From the NCBI GenBank assembly GCA_902626065.1, contig CACODT010000004.1:16720-80719 (forward strand): a stretch of DNA of 64,000 bases, given 5' to 3'. Made by a program: the position numbers and the translations under genes. Shown one piece after another: positions 48,789-57,880 of this stretch (positions within the stretch are counted from its first letter, which is position 1; the number at the start of each line of letters is the position of its first letter). The stretch is from an uncultured Candidatus Actinomarina sp. (GTDB lineage: Bacteria; Actinomycetota; Acidimicrobiia; Actinomarinales; Actinomarinaceae). A model generated the notes under the pieces. It did not search any database, had not been told where the DNA came from, and was given only the letters and a program-made list of their open reading frames with translations.

Positions 48789-48905
48789 GTGACAAAATTT
48801 ATAAAAATATTACAAATAATAGGGATTCTATCTTTTGTAATGTATTTTTTAGTTGCTGTTCTCTACAACTCAGCAAGCTGGTATAACCATCTTTTTGGAA
48901 GTTAA
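48789..48905 (+). CDS. Possible 38-aa single-pass membrane protein
   Basis: GTG start; MTKFIKILQIIGILSFVMYFLVAVLYNSASWYNHLFGS; lies in the largest gap, upstream of ino1; no clear RBS. Confidence 0.4.
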   Translation: MTKFIKILQIIGILSFVMYFLVAVLYNSASWYNHLFGS

Positions 48906-48951
48906 TCCACCGATTATTTTTGATAAAACTCATATCAGTTAGAGTGATTTA

Positions 48952-50025
48952 ATGACCGATTCAAAAATAAAGGTAGCAATTCTTGGAGTTGGTAATTGTG
49001 CAAGTTCATTTGTACAAGGACTTCAATATTATAAAGATGACACTGAAGAAAGTGGACTTATTTCTGATGTAATTGGTGGATATAGGGTATCCGATATTGA
49101 AGTAGTTTCCGCATTCGATATTAATAAATCTAAAGTTGGTAAAGATCTTTCAGAGGCTATTTTTGAAAAACCTAACAACACTACAAAATTTGCGGATGTT
49201 CCAAGTCTTAATGTTGAAGTTAAGCCAGGTAAAGTTCTTGATGGGATTGGTAAATTTGTAAAAGACATAATTGAACCATCAGATGAGACTTCAAACATAG
49301 TTGAGGAACTGAAATCATCAGGTGCTGAAATTTTAATCAATCTATTACCTGTCGGCTCTGACGAGGCTGTTAAGTTTTACGCTGAATGTGCAATAGCAGC
49401 TAAAGTTGGATTCATTAATTGCATACCTGTGTTTATTGCACGTGATGAAGAATGGTATCAAAAGTTTAAAGAAAACAATGTTCCATTAATTGGTGACGAT
49501 ATTAAAAGTCAGGTTGGTGCGACCATTGTTCACAGAGTTTTAGCACAACTCTTTTCTGATAGGGGAGTAAATTTAAAACGATCCTATCAACTTAATGTTG
49601 GTGGAAATATGGACTTCTTAAATATGCTAGAGGAAGATCGTCTTGAAACAAAAAGAACAAGTAAGACTTCTTCAGTAACATCTGTAGCAAATAAAGGCAA
49701 AGGTATGGAACCCAAAAATGTGAGAATTGGCCCATCAGATTATGTTGAATGGTTGGAGGATAGAAAAAAAGCATTTATACGTTTAGAGGGCGAATCCTTT
49801 GGAGGAGTGCCCCTTAATATAGAAGTACAACTCGAAGTGTGGGATTCTCCTAATAGTGCTGGAGTTGTAATAGATGCTGTTAGGTATATGAAGTATTTTA
49901 AAGAGTCAAATGATTTAGAATCCCTGGATCTTGTATCAGCATGGTTGATGAAAGCGCCAGCTAAAGCAGCAAAAGATTCAGAAACTTTACAAAAGTTACA
50001 CGAATTAACTCATCAAGAAGATTAA
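48952..50025 (+). CDS. ino1: myo-Inositol-1-phosphate synthase
   Basis: GVGNCASS, FINCIP, GDDIKSQVGAT, QLNVGGNMDF, VWDSPNSAG. Confidence 0.93.
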   Translation: MTDSKIKVAILGVGNCASSFVQGLQYYKDDTEESGLISDVIGGYRVSDIEVVSAFDINKSKVGKDLSEAIFEKPNNTTKFADVPSLNVEVKPGKVLDGIGKFVKDIIEPSDETSNIVEELKSSGAEILINLLPVGSDEAVKFYAECAIAAKVGFINCIPVFIARDEEWYQKFKENNVPLIGDDIKSQVGATIVHRVLAQLFSDRGVNLKRSYQLNVGGNMDFLNMLEEDRLETKRTSKTSSVTSVANKGKGMEPKNVRIGPSDYVEWLEDRKKAFIRLEGESFGGVPLNIEVQLEVWDSPNSAGVVIDAVRYMKYFKESNDLESLDLVSAWLMKAPAKAAKDSETLQKLHELTHQED

Positions 50026-51287
50026 ATTTTCTCTAAAGCTCCATTAAACATTTCCATAGCTTCTTTGACTTGTTTTAAAGGTGTAGTTAAAGGACCCATA
50101 AATCTAATAACATTTCCTTCTTTTCCACAATTCACAAGTAACAACCCATTTTTCTTGGAATTATTTATAATTTTTGAGGCCAATTCCTTTGAGGGTACTT
50201 TACTTTTTTTATCTTCAACAATTTCTACACCCTTCATAATTCCATAACCTCTTACATCACCCACAAATTCAAAACTATTTTTCATACTTTCTAAAGATTT
50301 AGTCATTATTGTTTCTTGTTTTTTTACTTTATCCAGCAGATTGTCATTATCAAAAACATCTAATACACCTAAAGCAGCAGCACACGATATTGGTGAAGCA
50401 CCAAAAGTGCTTCCTATTCCAGCATCATGAACCGAGTCCATAATTTGAGCTTTACCAACAACGGCAGCTAGTGGAAAACCTCCTCCGATACCCTTTGCTA
50501 ATGTAACCATATCTGGCTCAACTTTAACTTTGGATGCTCCAAACATCTCACCTGTTCTTCCAAACCCTGTTTGCACTTCGTCAAAAATTAATAGTATTTT
50601 ATGCTTATTTGTAATCGTTCTTAACTTAGCTAGAAAACTTTCTGATGCAGGAATATAACCCCCTTCCCCTAATTGAATTTCTACAACTATTGCAGCAACA
50701 TTTTTAGGGTTAATTTTTTTAGCTAGTAAATTTTCTAATTGATTTAAAACTTTTTCATCTGATATATTTCTATATTCATAAGGAAAGTCGATATGACTAA
50801 TGAATTTAGGAAACGGTCCAAACCCTTCTTTGTATGGTTTTTCTTTTCCAGTTAACCCCATGGCTAAATATGTTCGGCCATGGAACCCTCCTTTAAATGC
50901 AATAATTTTTTCTCGTCCAGTTGCGTACTTAGCTATTTTTATTGCATTTTCAACTGCTTCAGCACCACTATTTACAAGAAAAGTTTTTGTTTTTTCTTTA
51001 ATTGGATATCTTTTGTTAATTTGTTCACATAATTCAACTGCATTTTCGTGAGGTGCAAATGCAAAACATGAATGTGAATAATCATTTAATTGATTTTTTA
51101 CTTTTTTCACAACTCTTGGGTTTAAATGCCCTGTATTTAAAACGGCATAGCCACCTACAAAATCTAGATATCGTTTATTATTTTTATCCCATATTTCCGC
51201 ATTTTTACCTTTTGCTATAAATGAATCCATAGTTGGATACCATGCAGATGGAACGTTTCTTTTAATTGAATTCATGTTCTGAGGCAT
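50022..51287 (-). CDS. gabT: 4-aminobutyrate aminotransferase (class III PLP)
   Basis: YLDFVGG, NSGAEAVENAIKIA, FHGRT, LGEGG, FDEVQTGFGRTG, LAKGIGGGFPL. Start uncertain (ATG 51287 or TTG 51323). Confidence 0.85.
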   Translation of the reverse strand: MPQNMNSIKRNVPSAWYPTMDSFIAKGKNAEIWDKNNKRYLDFVGGYAVLNTGHLNPRVVKKVKNQLNDYSHSCFAFAPHENAVELCEQINKRYPIKEKTKTFLVNSGAEAVENAIKIAKYATGREKIIAFKGGFHGRTYLAMGLTGKEKPYKEGFGPFPKFISHIDFPYEYRNISDEKVLNQLENLLAKKINPKNVAAIVVEIQLGEGGYIPASESFLAKLRTITNKHKILLIFDEVQTGFGRTGEMFGASKVKVEPDMVTLAKGIGGGFPLAAVVGKAQIMDSVHDAGIGSTFGASPISCAAALGVLDVFDNDNLLDKVKKQETIMTKSLESMKNSFEFVGDVRGYGIMKGVEIVEDKKSKVPSKELASKIINNSKKNGLLLVNCGKEGNVIRFMGPLTTPLKQVKEAMEMFNGALEKI

Positions 51288-51347
51288 AGATTTTACTGTA
51301 ACTGAAATACGATAAATACTCAATTTAATACCTATTAAAATGATTTA

Positions 51348-51719
51348 ATGGATACAACCACCTTAAATTTTATAGGATCAATTAGTGCTACAATTTGTGG
51401 AATAAGTGGATTAGCTATGTTGACTATGAATTTCATTAAAAAATACCAAAATAAAAAAATTGGTAATATTCTAATTTTTATCTCCGTCGTATCACTAGTG
51501 GTTCAATCGTTACTTGTTTCGTATACTTATACATTAAATGAAAATATAGGTTCTTTTTACTTGTTTTATGCAGTAGTTGTACTTTTTACACTTACATTCT
51601 TATATGTATATAGATTTCAAATGAATGAAAAATATTATTTATATTGGGGCATTGCATTACTCTATCTTATGGGATTAGAGATTAGAACAATAAATACTAT
51701 TGGAGAATATTTGAACTAA
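51348..51719 (+). CDS. Hypothetical small membrane protein (about 4 TM)
   Basis: Four hydrophobic segments; TAATG coupling to the hydrolase gene. Confidence 0.6.
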   Translation: MDTTTLNFIGSISATICGISGLAMLTMNFIKKYQNKKIGNILIFISVVSLVVQSLLVSYTYTLNENIGSFYLFYAVVVLFTLTFLYVYRFQMNEKYYLYWGIALLYLMGLEIRTINTIGEYLN

Positions 51720-52426
51720 TGATCACAAAAATATTATCTGATAATTTAACTTACGCACAAGTAAATTCAGAAAATCCTAAAATTTGCTTTCTTCATGGAT
51801 GGGGAGGACAAGGTAATGATTGGAAAAATATTTCAAAAGAATTTGAATGTATTGCAATAGACATTCCAGGGTTTGGAAAATCAGTACCATTTGAACAGAG
51901 CCTTACACCTGAATTTTATGCAGATTATTTAGATGATTTAATACCAAATTCTGTAGAAATTGTAGTTGGTCATTCATTTGGTGGTATTATTGCTGTTCAT
52001 CTATCTCTACTTAAAAATTACAAAAAAATAGTTGTAATTGGATCTCCTCTCATAAGGTCACCACTGGCGGAAAATCCTTTTTCTTTATTCAAAATTTTAA
52101 AGTTTATGAATAAATTGAACATAATTAGTGATAATAAGTTTGAAAAGATTAAAAAAAATTATGGATCAGATGATTACAGAAATGCAAACAAATACCTGAG
52201 AGATACTTTAGTTAAGTCTGTAAATCATGATTTAACCAAAATTCTTCCAAAGATAAATACATTTGTAGATCTTATTTATGGTGAATATGATTTAATTGCT
52301 CCAGTCGAAAATGGGGCTATTGCAAATAATCTCATTCCAAATTCAGAATTAACAATATTGCCTAAAGATAATCATTTTTGTTTAAATACATCAAAAGAAA
52401 AAATAATTGAGATAATAAATAAATGA
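51719..52426 (+). CDS. Alpha/beta hydrolase
   Basis: FLHGWGG, IDIPGFG, GHSFGG (nucleophile elbow), GSDDYRNA, IYGEYD, NHF. Confidence 0.88.
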   Translation: MITKILSDNLTYAQVNSENPKICFLHGWGGQGNDWKNISKEFECIAIDIPGFGKSVPFEQSLTPEFYADYLDDLIPNSVEIVVGHSFGGIIAVHLSLLKNYKKIVVIGSPLIRSPLAENPFSLFKILKFMNKLNIISDNKFEKIKKNYGSDDYRNANKYLRDTLVKSVNHDLTKILPKINTFVDLIYGEYDLIAPVENGAIANNLIPNSELTILPKDNHFCLNTSKEKIIEIINK

Positions 52427-53949
52427 ATTTAATTTACATCGCAACACTTGGCATTATTACACTAGCATCCTGTGTCAATTCAGTTAGATGGGAACGTATT
52501 GCACAGAGAGAGCACTACATACCAGGTTCAATCACTAAATTTTACTTCAGATGGGTAAGGTCAAGATCATTAAATAGATTCCTGCTTTTCTCATCTTTTA
52601 TATTGTGTATTTTCTCTCTTTTCTTTGTCTATGTTCCATTATTAATATCAATTTTAAATATATTTACGCCAATCGGCTTATCTTTTAAACCACGTACAAG
52701 TCCTGTAAATGTTACAGAAAGATTAAAAAGGGCTACATATTTTTATTATTTCTTAATAGTGATTATTTCAATAATTTCACTTTCTTTTGGATATGGATAT
52801 TTACTTGCACTAGCGGCCAACATGTTTTCATTTTTTATATATGATCAAGCTTTACGATTTCTATTTAATTATGAAAAAAATAAATCAAGACCTTTTGTTA
52901 ATAGTGCTTCAAAAATAATAAATTCTAAATCAATACCAGTGATCGGGATAACAGGATCCTATTCCAAAACTACAACAAAAAATACACTTACTCAAATTCT
53001 CAATCAATCGAATAAAGTTTTTGTAACACCTGAAAGTTACAATAATCGTTTAGGTATTGCGAAAGCAATTAATGAGGGCTTTGAAGAAGATCATGAAATA
53101 GCCATTATTGAAATGGGAACATATTCAAATGGTGAGATAAGAGAAATATGTTCCTGGGTAAGACCTCATATATCTGTTATAACTGGAATCGCTCCAGTTC
53201 ATTTAGAAAGAATGAAATCATTAGAAAATATTTTGGATGCAAAATCTGAAATTGTTGAGCTTGCTGGTTCGGTCGTAATAAACGGTGATGATGAGATGTT
53301 ACTTAACGAAGCTAGGCTTTGGACGAATCAAAAAAATGTGTATGACTGTTCAATTACATCTAAACAAGCTGCAGTTTGTGTTGATTATGATGATGGAAAG
53401 CATGATATTTACGTTGCAAATAAATACATAGGTACTATTTATGGACCAAAGCTTTTACAACTCTCCATATCCCTATCAGTTGGTGTTTTACTTGCGTTAG
53501 ATTTAGATGTAAAAAAATATATAAATGAAACAGATTCTTTAGAAAAATCAAAACACCGACAAAACATTATTAAGAGTGATTTGGGCCACACGATTATTGA
53601 CAACTCATTCAACTCAAACCCAATGGGTATTGAGTATAGTTTGGAAAGTTTACAAGAACTTGGATCGACTGAATCACTCAGGTATCTTGTAACTCCGGGA
53701 ATGATTGAATTAGGAAGTGATCAATTTGCAATAAATTATGCTTTTGCATCTGAAGCAAGTCAAATAATTGATAAGGCATTAATAGTTGGAAAGACTAACA
53801 AGAATGCTTTGAAAATTGGATTTCAAGAACATGATATAGATTATGAAATATTTTTAAATAGAGATGAGGCTGTAAAATATTTGAACTCTATTATTAAACC
53901 AGAAGATATTGTTTTATATGAGAATGACTTACCCGACCACTATCCTTAA
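52423..53949 (+). CDS. murF: MurF-like Mur ligase with an N-terminal membrane domain
   Basis: About 140-aa TM region with QREHY; GITGSYSKTTTK, TPESYNNRLG, EMGTY, IDNSFNSNP, LVTPGMIELG, YENDLPD. Confidence 0.82.
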   Translation: MNLIYIATLGIITLASCVNSVRWERIAQREHYIPGSITKFYFRWVRSRSLNRFLLFSSFILCIFSLFFVYVPLLISILNIFTPIGLSFKPRTSPVNVTERLKRATYFYYFLIVIISIISLSFGYGYLLALAANMFSFFIYDQALRFLFNYEKNKSRPFVNSASKIINSKSIPVIGITGSYSKTTTKNTLTQILNQSNKVFVTPESYNNRLGIAKAINEGFEEDHEIAIIEMGTYSNGEIREICSWVRPHISVITGIAPVHLERMKSLENILDAKSEIVELAGSVVINGDDEMLLNEARLWTNQKNVYDCSITSKQAAVCVDYDDGKHDIYVANKYIGTIYGPKLLQLSISLSVGVLLALDLDVKKYINETDSLEKSKHRQNIIKSDLGHTIIDNSFNSNPMGIEYSLESLQELGSTESLRYLVTPGMIELGSDQFAINYAFASEASQIIDKALIVGKTNKNALKIGFQEHDIDYEIFLNRDEAVKYLNSIIKPEDIVLYENDLPDHYP

Positions 53950-53954
53950 GATTA

Positions 53955-55031
53955 ATGAATAAGAAAATTGGTGTAATATTTGGGGGTCCATCTCCAGAAC
54001 ACGATATTTCAATACTTACTGGTTTGCAAAGTGTCAGAATCTTATCAAAAAAATATGATGTTACATCACTATATTGGTCAAAGGATAATAATTGGTATTT
54101 GGTTGAAAACGCCTATGAATCAGTTGATTTTATAAATAACAAAAATCTTTTTAAAAAGAAACTTGAATTGAAATTTAATGATGATCCAGGTTTTTATCAT
54201 AAAAGAAAAAAAATTGAATTAGATGTAATAGTGAATTCCTGTCATGGTGGACCCGGAGAAGATGGTTCCATACAGTCGTTATTAAACCTATTAGGCATAA
54301 AATATACTGGGCCTGATGAAGTATCTGCTCAAATTTGTATGGATAAATATGCATTCTATACACTTATGAAAGAGAATGATTTACCAGTAATTGATAAAAC
54401 ATTGGTGAACAATCAAAATGTTGAGTTTCAAGGTAATCAGATTCTTAAACCACGTTTTGGAGGCTCTTCAATTGGTGTAGAGATAGTAAACGATAGAAAA
54501 ACACTAAATAAATTAGTTGAAAATTCCGATTTATATACCCAAGGAGCTGTTTTTGAAAAATTTCTAGAGAATTCGATAGATCTTCTTGTCGGTGTAAGAA
54601 ACTATCCAAATTTTGAAACTTCTGAAATTGAGAAACCTATAAAAAGCGATACATTGTTCACTTATACCGATAAGTACTTGGAAAATGGAGGACTAGAAGG
54701 CTCAAAAAGAGAATTACCTGCAACATTAGATAAAAATTTAGAGACAGAAATATTAAATTTAGTTGAGAAAATAAATAAATTAATACCTACTCGTGGAATA
54801 TTTAGGTACGATTTTTTATTACATAATGAAAACTTGTATATAAATGAAATAAACACAATCCCTGGCAGCCACGCACTTTATTTATGGAAAAATTTAAATA
54901 ATTCTAAATTTGAACTTTTAGATGAAATGATTAATGAAGCATTAACATCTAAATTTAATAATTGGTCAATAACTGGATCAGATGGAATTGCATTAAAGAG
55001 TGCGAAAGAAATTGATTCAAAACTTGGATAA
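53955..55031 (+). CDS. ddl: D-alanine--D-alanine ligase
   Basis: FGGPSPEHDISI, HGGPGEDG, MDK, KPRFGGSSIGV, YTDKY, EINTIPGS. Confidence 0.88.
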   Translation: MNKKIGVIFGGPSPEHDISILTGLQSVRILSKKYDVTSLYWSKDNNWYLVENAYESVDFINNKNLFKKKLELKFNDDPGFYHKRKKIELDVIVNSCHGGPGEDGSIQSLLNLLGIKYTGPDEVSAQICMDKYAFYTLMKENDLPVIDKTLVNNQNVEFQGNQILKPRFGGSSIGVEIVNDRKTLNKLVENSDLYTQGAVFEKFLENSIDLLVGVRNYPNFETSEIEKPIKSDTLFTYTDKYLENGGLEGSKRELPATLDKNLETEILNLVEKINKLIPTRGIFRYDFLLHNENLYINEINTIPGSHALYLWKNLNNSKFELLDEMINEALTSKFNNWSITGSDGIALKSAKEIDSKLG

Positions 55032-55034
55032 TTT

Positions 55035-55667
55035 ATGTTTGGTATTTTTTGGGATTGTGATGGCACAATTATGGATACTGAAAAATCATATGCTTATGCA
55101 TGGAAAGATTTTTTATACTCTAAGGGACTCGAACTTCCAATTGAAGAATTTGATAAATTTGTAGGTATAGACGATAGAATTATTCACAAACAATTTTCAG
55201 AAAAAGTTGATTTGGATGATTTTCAGTCAACCATGGATAAATTACATGAAATTATGCGAGTTGAATTTTCTGAGAAGATATTATTTAAAGATTCTTTAAA
55301 CTGTATTTTAAAATTTCATGGTGATATTTTTCAAGCATGTGTTTCTGCCTCACCTAAAGAAGTACTCAACTTTAAATTACAAGATGCAAAAATTAATAAT
55401 TATTTTGATTATGTAATAGGTGGTAATGAAGTTCTAAGAAATAAACCAAATCCTGACATATATTTGAAAGCTATTGAATTTTCAGGTTCAACTAAAAACA
55501 TAATAGTTGAAGATAGTCCAACAGGCATTCAGTCCGGCAAAGAGTCCGGAAGCTTTGTAATTGCTATAGACAGAGGGATATTTACAAAAGAGCAAATTTC
55601 TGATGCGGACGTTGTTGTAGACAAACTAGATCCGATTGAAATATATAGTTTCTTTGAAGTCCTTTAA
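55035..55667 (+). CDS. HAD-superfamily phosphatase (beta-phosphoglucomutase-like)
   Basis: WDCDGTIMDT, VSAS, KPNPDIY, VEDSPTG. Confidence 0.88.
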   Translation: MFGIFWDCDGTIMDTEKSYAYAWKDFLYSKGLELPIEEFDKFVGIDDRIIHKQFSEKVDLDDFQSTMDKLHEIMRVEFSEKILFKDSLNCILKFHGDIFQACVSASPKEVLNFKLQDAKINNYFDYVIGGNEVLRNKPNPDIYLKAIEFSGSTKNIIVEDSPTGIQSGKESGSFVIAIDRGIFTKEQISDADVVVDKLDPIEIYSFFEVL

Positions 55668-55720
55668 AACCTGATTATTTTTGAAATAAATTACAAAACT
55701 GACTTAGGCGCAATTTGTGA

Positions 55721-56143
55721 CTAAGTTATCTCTAAAAGCATCACGGGGATTTTACGACTGGTTCTATTTTGATACTGCTCATAGACACCATTGTTCATAA
55801 AATCCATTTTTTTCCACCATTCAGTTCTTTCACTTCCAAAAATTTCTTTTGCTCTAACATTAAACCTCTCTCTTCCAATTTGGATAATTGCATCTTCATT
55901 ATTTTTAAGGTTGTGATACCAACCAGGATTATTTGGGCTACCACCTTTAGAAGCAACTATACAAAATGAATTATTTTCTCTAAGGAATACAAGAACATTC
56001 TTTCTCAATTTACCTGTTCTTCCTCCTATACTTTCTAATATTAAGCATGGTCTGTCTGATATTGTTTTTCCAATACGACCATTTGTGTATATGTATGTGT
56101 AATTGTGTAGAAAAAGAATAAAGAAAATCAGTTTCCTTCTCAT
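55721..56143 (-). CDS. Deazaflavin (F420)-dependent nitroreductase family protein (DDN)
   Basis: GGRTGKLRK, IVASKGGSPNNPGWYHNL, YQNRTSRKIPV. Confidence 0.9.
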   Translation of the reverse strand: MRRKLIFFILFLHNYTYIYTNGRIGKTISDRPCLILESIGGRTGKLRKNVLVFLRENNSFCIVASKGGSPNNPGWYHNLKNNEDAIIQIGRERFNVRAKEIFGSERTEWWKKMDFMNNGVYEQYQNRTSRKIPVMLLEIT

Positions 56144-57336
56144 AAGCTAACTTTTGTTTTATTTCTCCATGAAGAAAAACTTCTCGGATAAAAATTAATT
56201 GGTTTAACCAGTCGTTTTGCTGGAAATTCCATAGTCGGTTTTATGATTTTAGTTATCTTTTTGTATTTAGGTACTGGAGCAAAAGTAGATGCAAATTTTT
56301 TATCAACAAGTATATTTTCAGGGATGTCTAAATATACTTTTATTTCTCTTTTCTCACTTATTTCCTTTAACGTATCAAGCAAAAAAATTATTCTTTTGGT
56401 TGATAATTTCAAACTATCCAAAAGGTTCAAATCAAAAATAAAAAATACAGGCAGATCTGGTAATTGGCTCATAGCAGGATCATCATCTCCTAATGACTCA
56501 CCATTAATCCAAACATATTCTGGCATTTCGTTTGATGTTTTAGTGGATTGTGGTCCAAAGTTTTCTTCTAAGTTTAAATCTATTTGAATTTCTTTATTTT
56601 TAATATTCAAAACTTTTGGCCAATCTTCTATCGGACATTTATTTATTAATTCACACTTATTACATATATTTGGAGCTCTTTTCTTTACTTGAAATTTTGA
56701 GAATCCGTATATTTTTCCAGTTTGTGAACCCGTTACCCAATGCCATCCTAATCGATTTGCAAATCGTGAACCATCAACTAAATGTTGGAACATATAATTT
56801 TCACTTTCCAACCAATTATTATTTGTCCTAAACATTTGATGGGATGAGTACCACATTCTTGTCTGATTTACCATATATCCTGTAGATACTAATTCATTAT
56901 CAATAGTGCTGATACAATTCATTTTTTCACTGTTAACTATGTCATTTGGATCATTTTTAACGTAAAAATTTAAAAATTCTCGATTTTTTTTCCCGATAAT
57001 AGCATAAAGATGTCTAGAAAACTCTTGCCACAACAACTCATCTCTAAATTTATTCTTATCACTGTATTCGAAGTTCTCAACATGATTCCAAACTTCTTTT
57101 AAGCTCAAAAGTCCATGTCGTATATATGGAGATAGATATGAAGATCCTCTTTTTTCTGTCGGATATACATTGTTTCTTTTTTTAGAGTATCCATGAATAT
57201 CTAGATTATTTAATGCTTGGTCAGCGTTTGATTGTCCACCTTTAAATATTGATTCTTGATATTCATCACAGGTAATTTCATTGAAGTATTTGTTTATAAT
57301 TTCTTTGTTGGTTAAATTTAAATTAATTTCCGGCAT
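56140..57336 (-). CDS. Inverted-topology (NewPHL/SPL-like) DNA photolyase
   Basis: N-terminal FAD domain: SYLSPYIRHG, LLWQEF, GYMVNQTRMW, LVDGSRFANRLGWHW; C-terminal alpha/beta-like domain. Confidence 0.82.
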   Translation of the reverse strand: MPEINLNLTNKEIINKYFNEITCDEYQESIFKGGQSNADQALNNLDIHGYSKKRNNVYPTEKRGSSYLSPYIRHGLLSLKEVWNHVENFEYSDKNKFRDELLWQEFSRHLYAIIGKKNREFLNFYVKNDPNDIVNSEKMNCISTIDNELVSTGYMVNQTRMWYSSHQMFRTNNNWLESENYMFQHLVDGSRFANRLGWHWVTGSQTGKIYGFSKFQVKKRAPNICNKCELINKCPIEDWPKVLNIKNKEIQIDLNLEENFGPQSTKTSNEMPEYVWINGESLGDDDPAMSQLPDLPVFFIFDLNLLDSLKLSTKRIIFLLDTLKEISEKREIKVYLDIPENILVDKKFASTFAPVPKYKKITKIIKPTMEFPAKRLVKPINFYPRSFSSWRNKTKVSL

Positions 57337-57344
57337 TTAGTGAT

Positions 57345-57563
57345 TTAATATCCACCTTGGCCAATTTTGACATTTGAAATAATTTTTAAATTATCTTCTT
57401 CAACAATATCAAAATTAATCCTTTGGCCTTGTCTTAAAGTCCTAAATATTGATCCATTTAAAGAACCTGCTTTTAGATAAACTTCAGTTTTATCAATATC
57501 AAGGACGACTATTCCATTTCCTGAATTTGGATCGTAAGACTTGACAACTCCTTGAGCCATCAA
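57345..57563 (-). CDS. Cold-shock-domain-like small protein with degenerate RNP motifs
   Basis: [21 protein letters not shown]. Confidence 0.7.
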   Translation of the reverse strand: MMAQGVVKSYDPNSGNGIVVLDIDKTEVYLKAGSLNGSIFRTLRQGQRINFDIVEEDNLKIISNVKIGQGGY

Positions 57564-57796
57564 ACTTTTTCGCCTCTTTGTCTTATCTCCCTCACAACGG
57601 ATTCGATTCCCCGTTTATCAATTATTTTGTTCCCACGGGTACTTACTTTTAGTTTTATCCATCTTTTCTCACTAGGTAACCAATATTTTTTTGTTTGTAT
57701 GTTTGGCTTAAACCAACGAGTATTTCTTTTATGAGAAAAGGAAACGTGTTTACCTGATCTCGGCACTTTACCTGTTACTTGACATTTATTAGCCAT
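57560..57796 (-). CDS. rpmB: 50S ribosomal protein L28 (Zn-free, C-minus type)
   Basis: [32 protein letters not shown]; divergent from recG. Start set at ATG 57796. Confidence 0.95.
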   Translation of the reverse strand: MANKCQVTGKVPRSGKHVSFSHKRNTRWFKPNIQTKKYWLPSEKRWIKLKVSTRGNKIIDKRGIESVVREIRQRGEKV

Positions 57797-57880
57797 AAAA
57801 TTCCCTCTAAAATACAAGTATAACTATAACTTGTCTAATAATTATTATGTACTTTGATTTAAAATCTTTTTAGGTATTGT

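Noticed and set aside
53955-55031. VanA-like D-Ala-D-Lac ligase
   Set aside because: The omega-loop reads YTDKY with Tyr, typical of D-Ala-D-Ala ligases; no vanH, vanX or vanRS.
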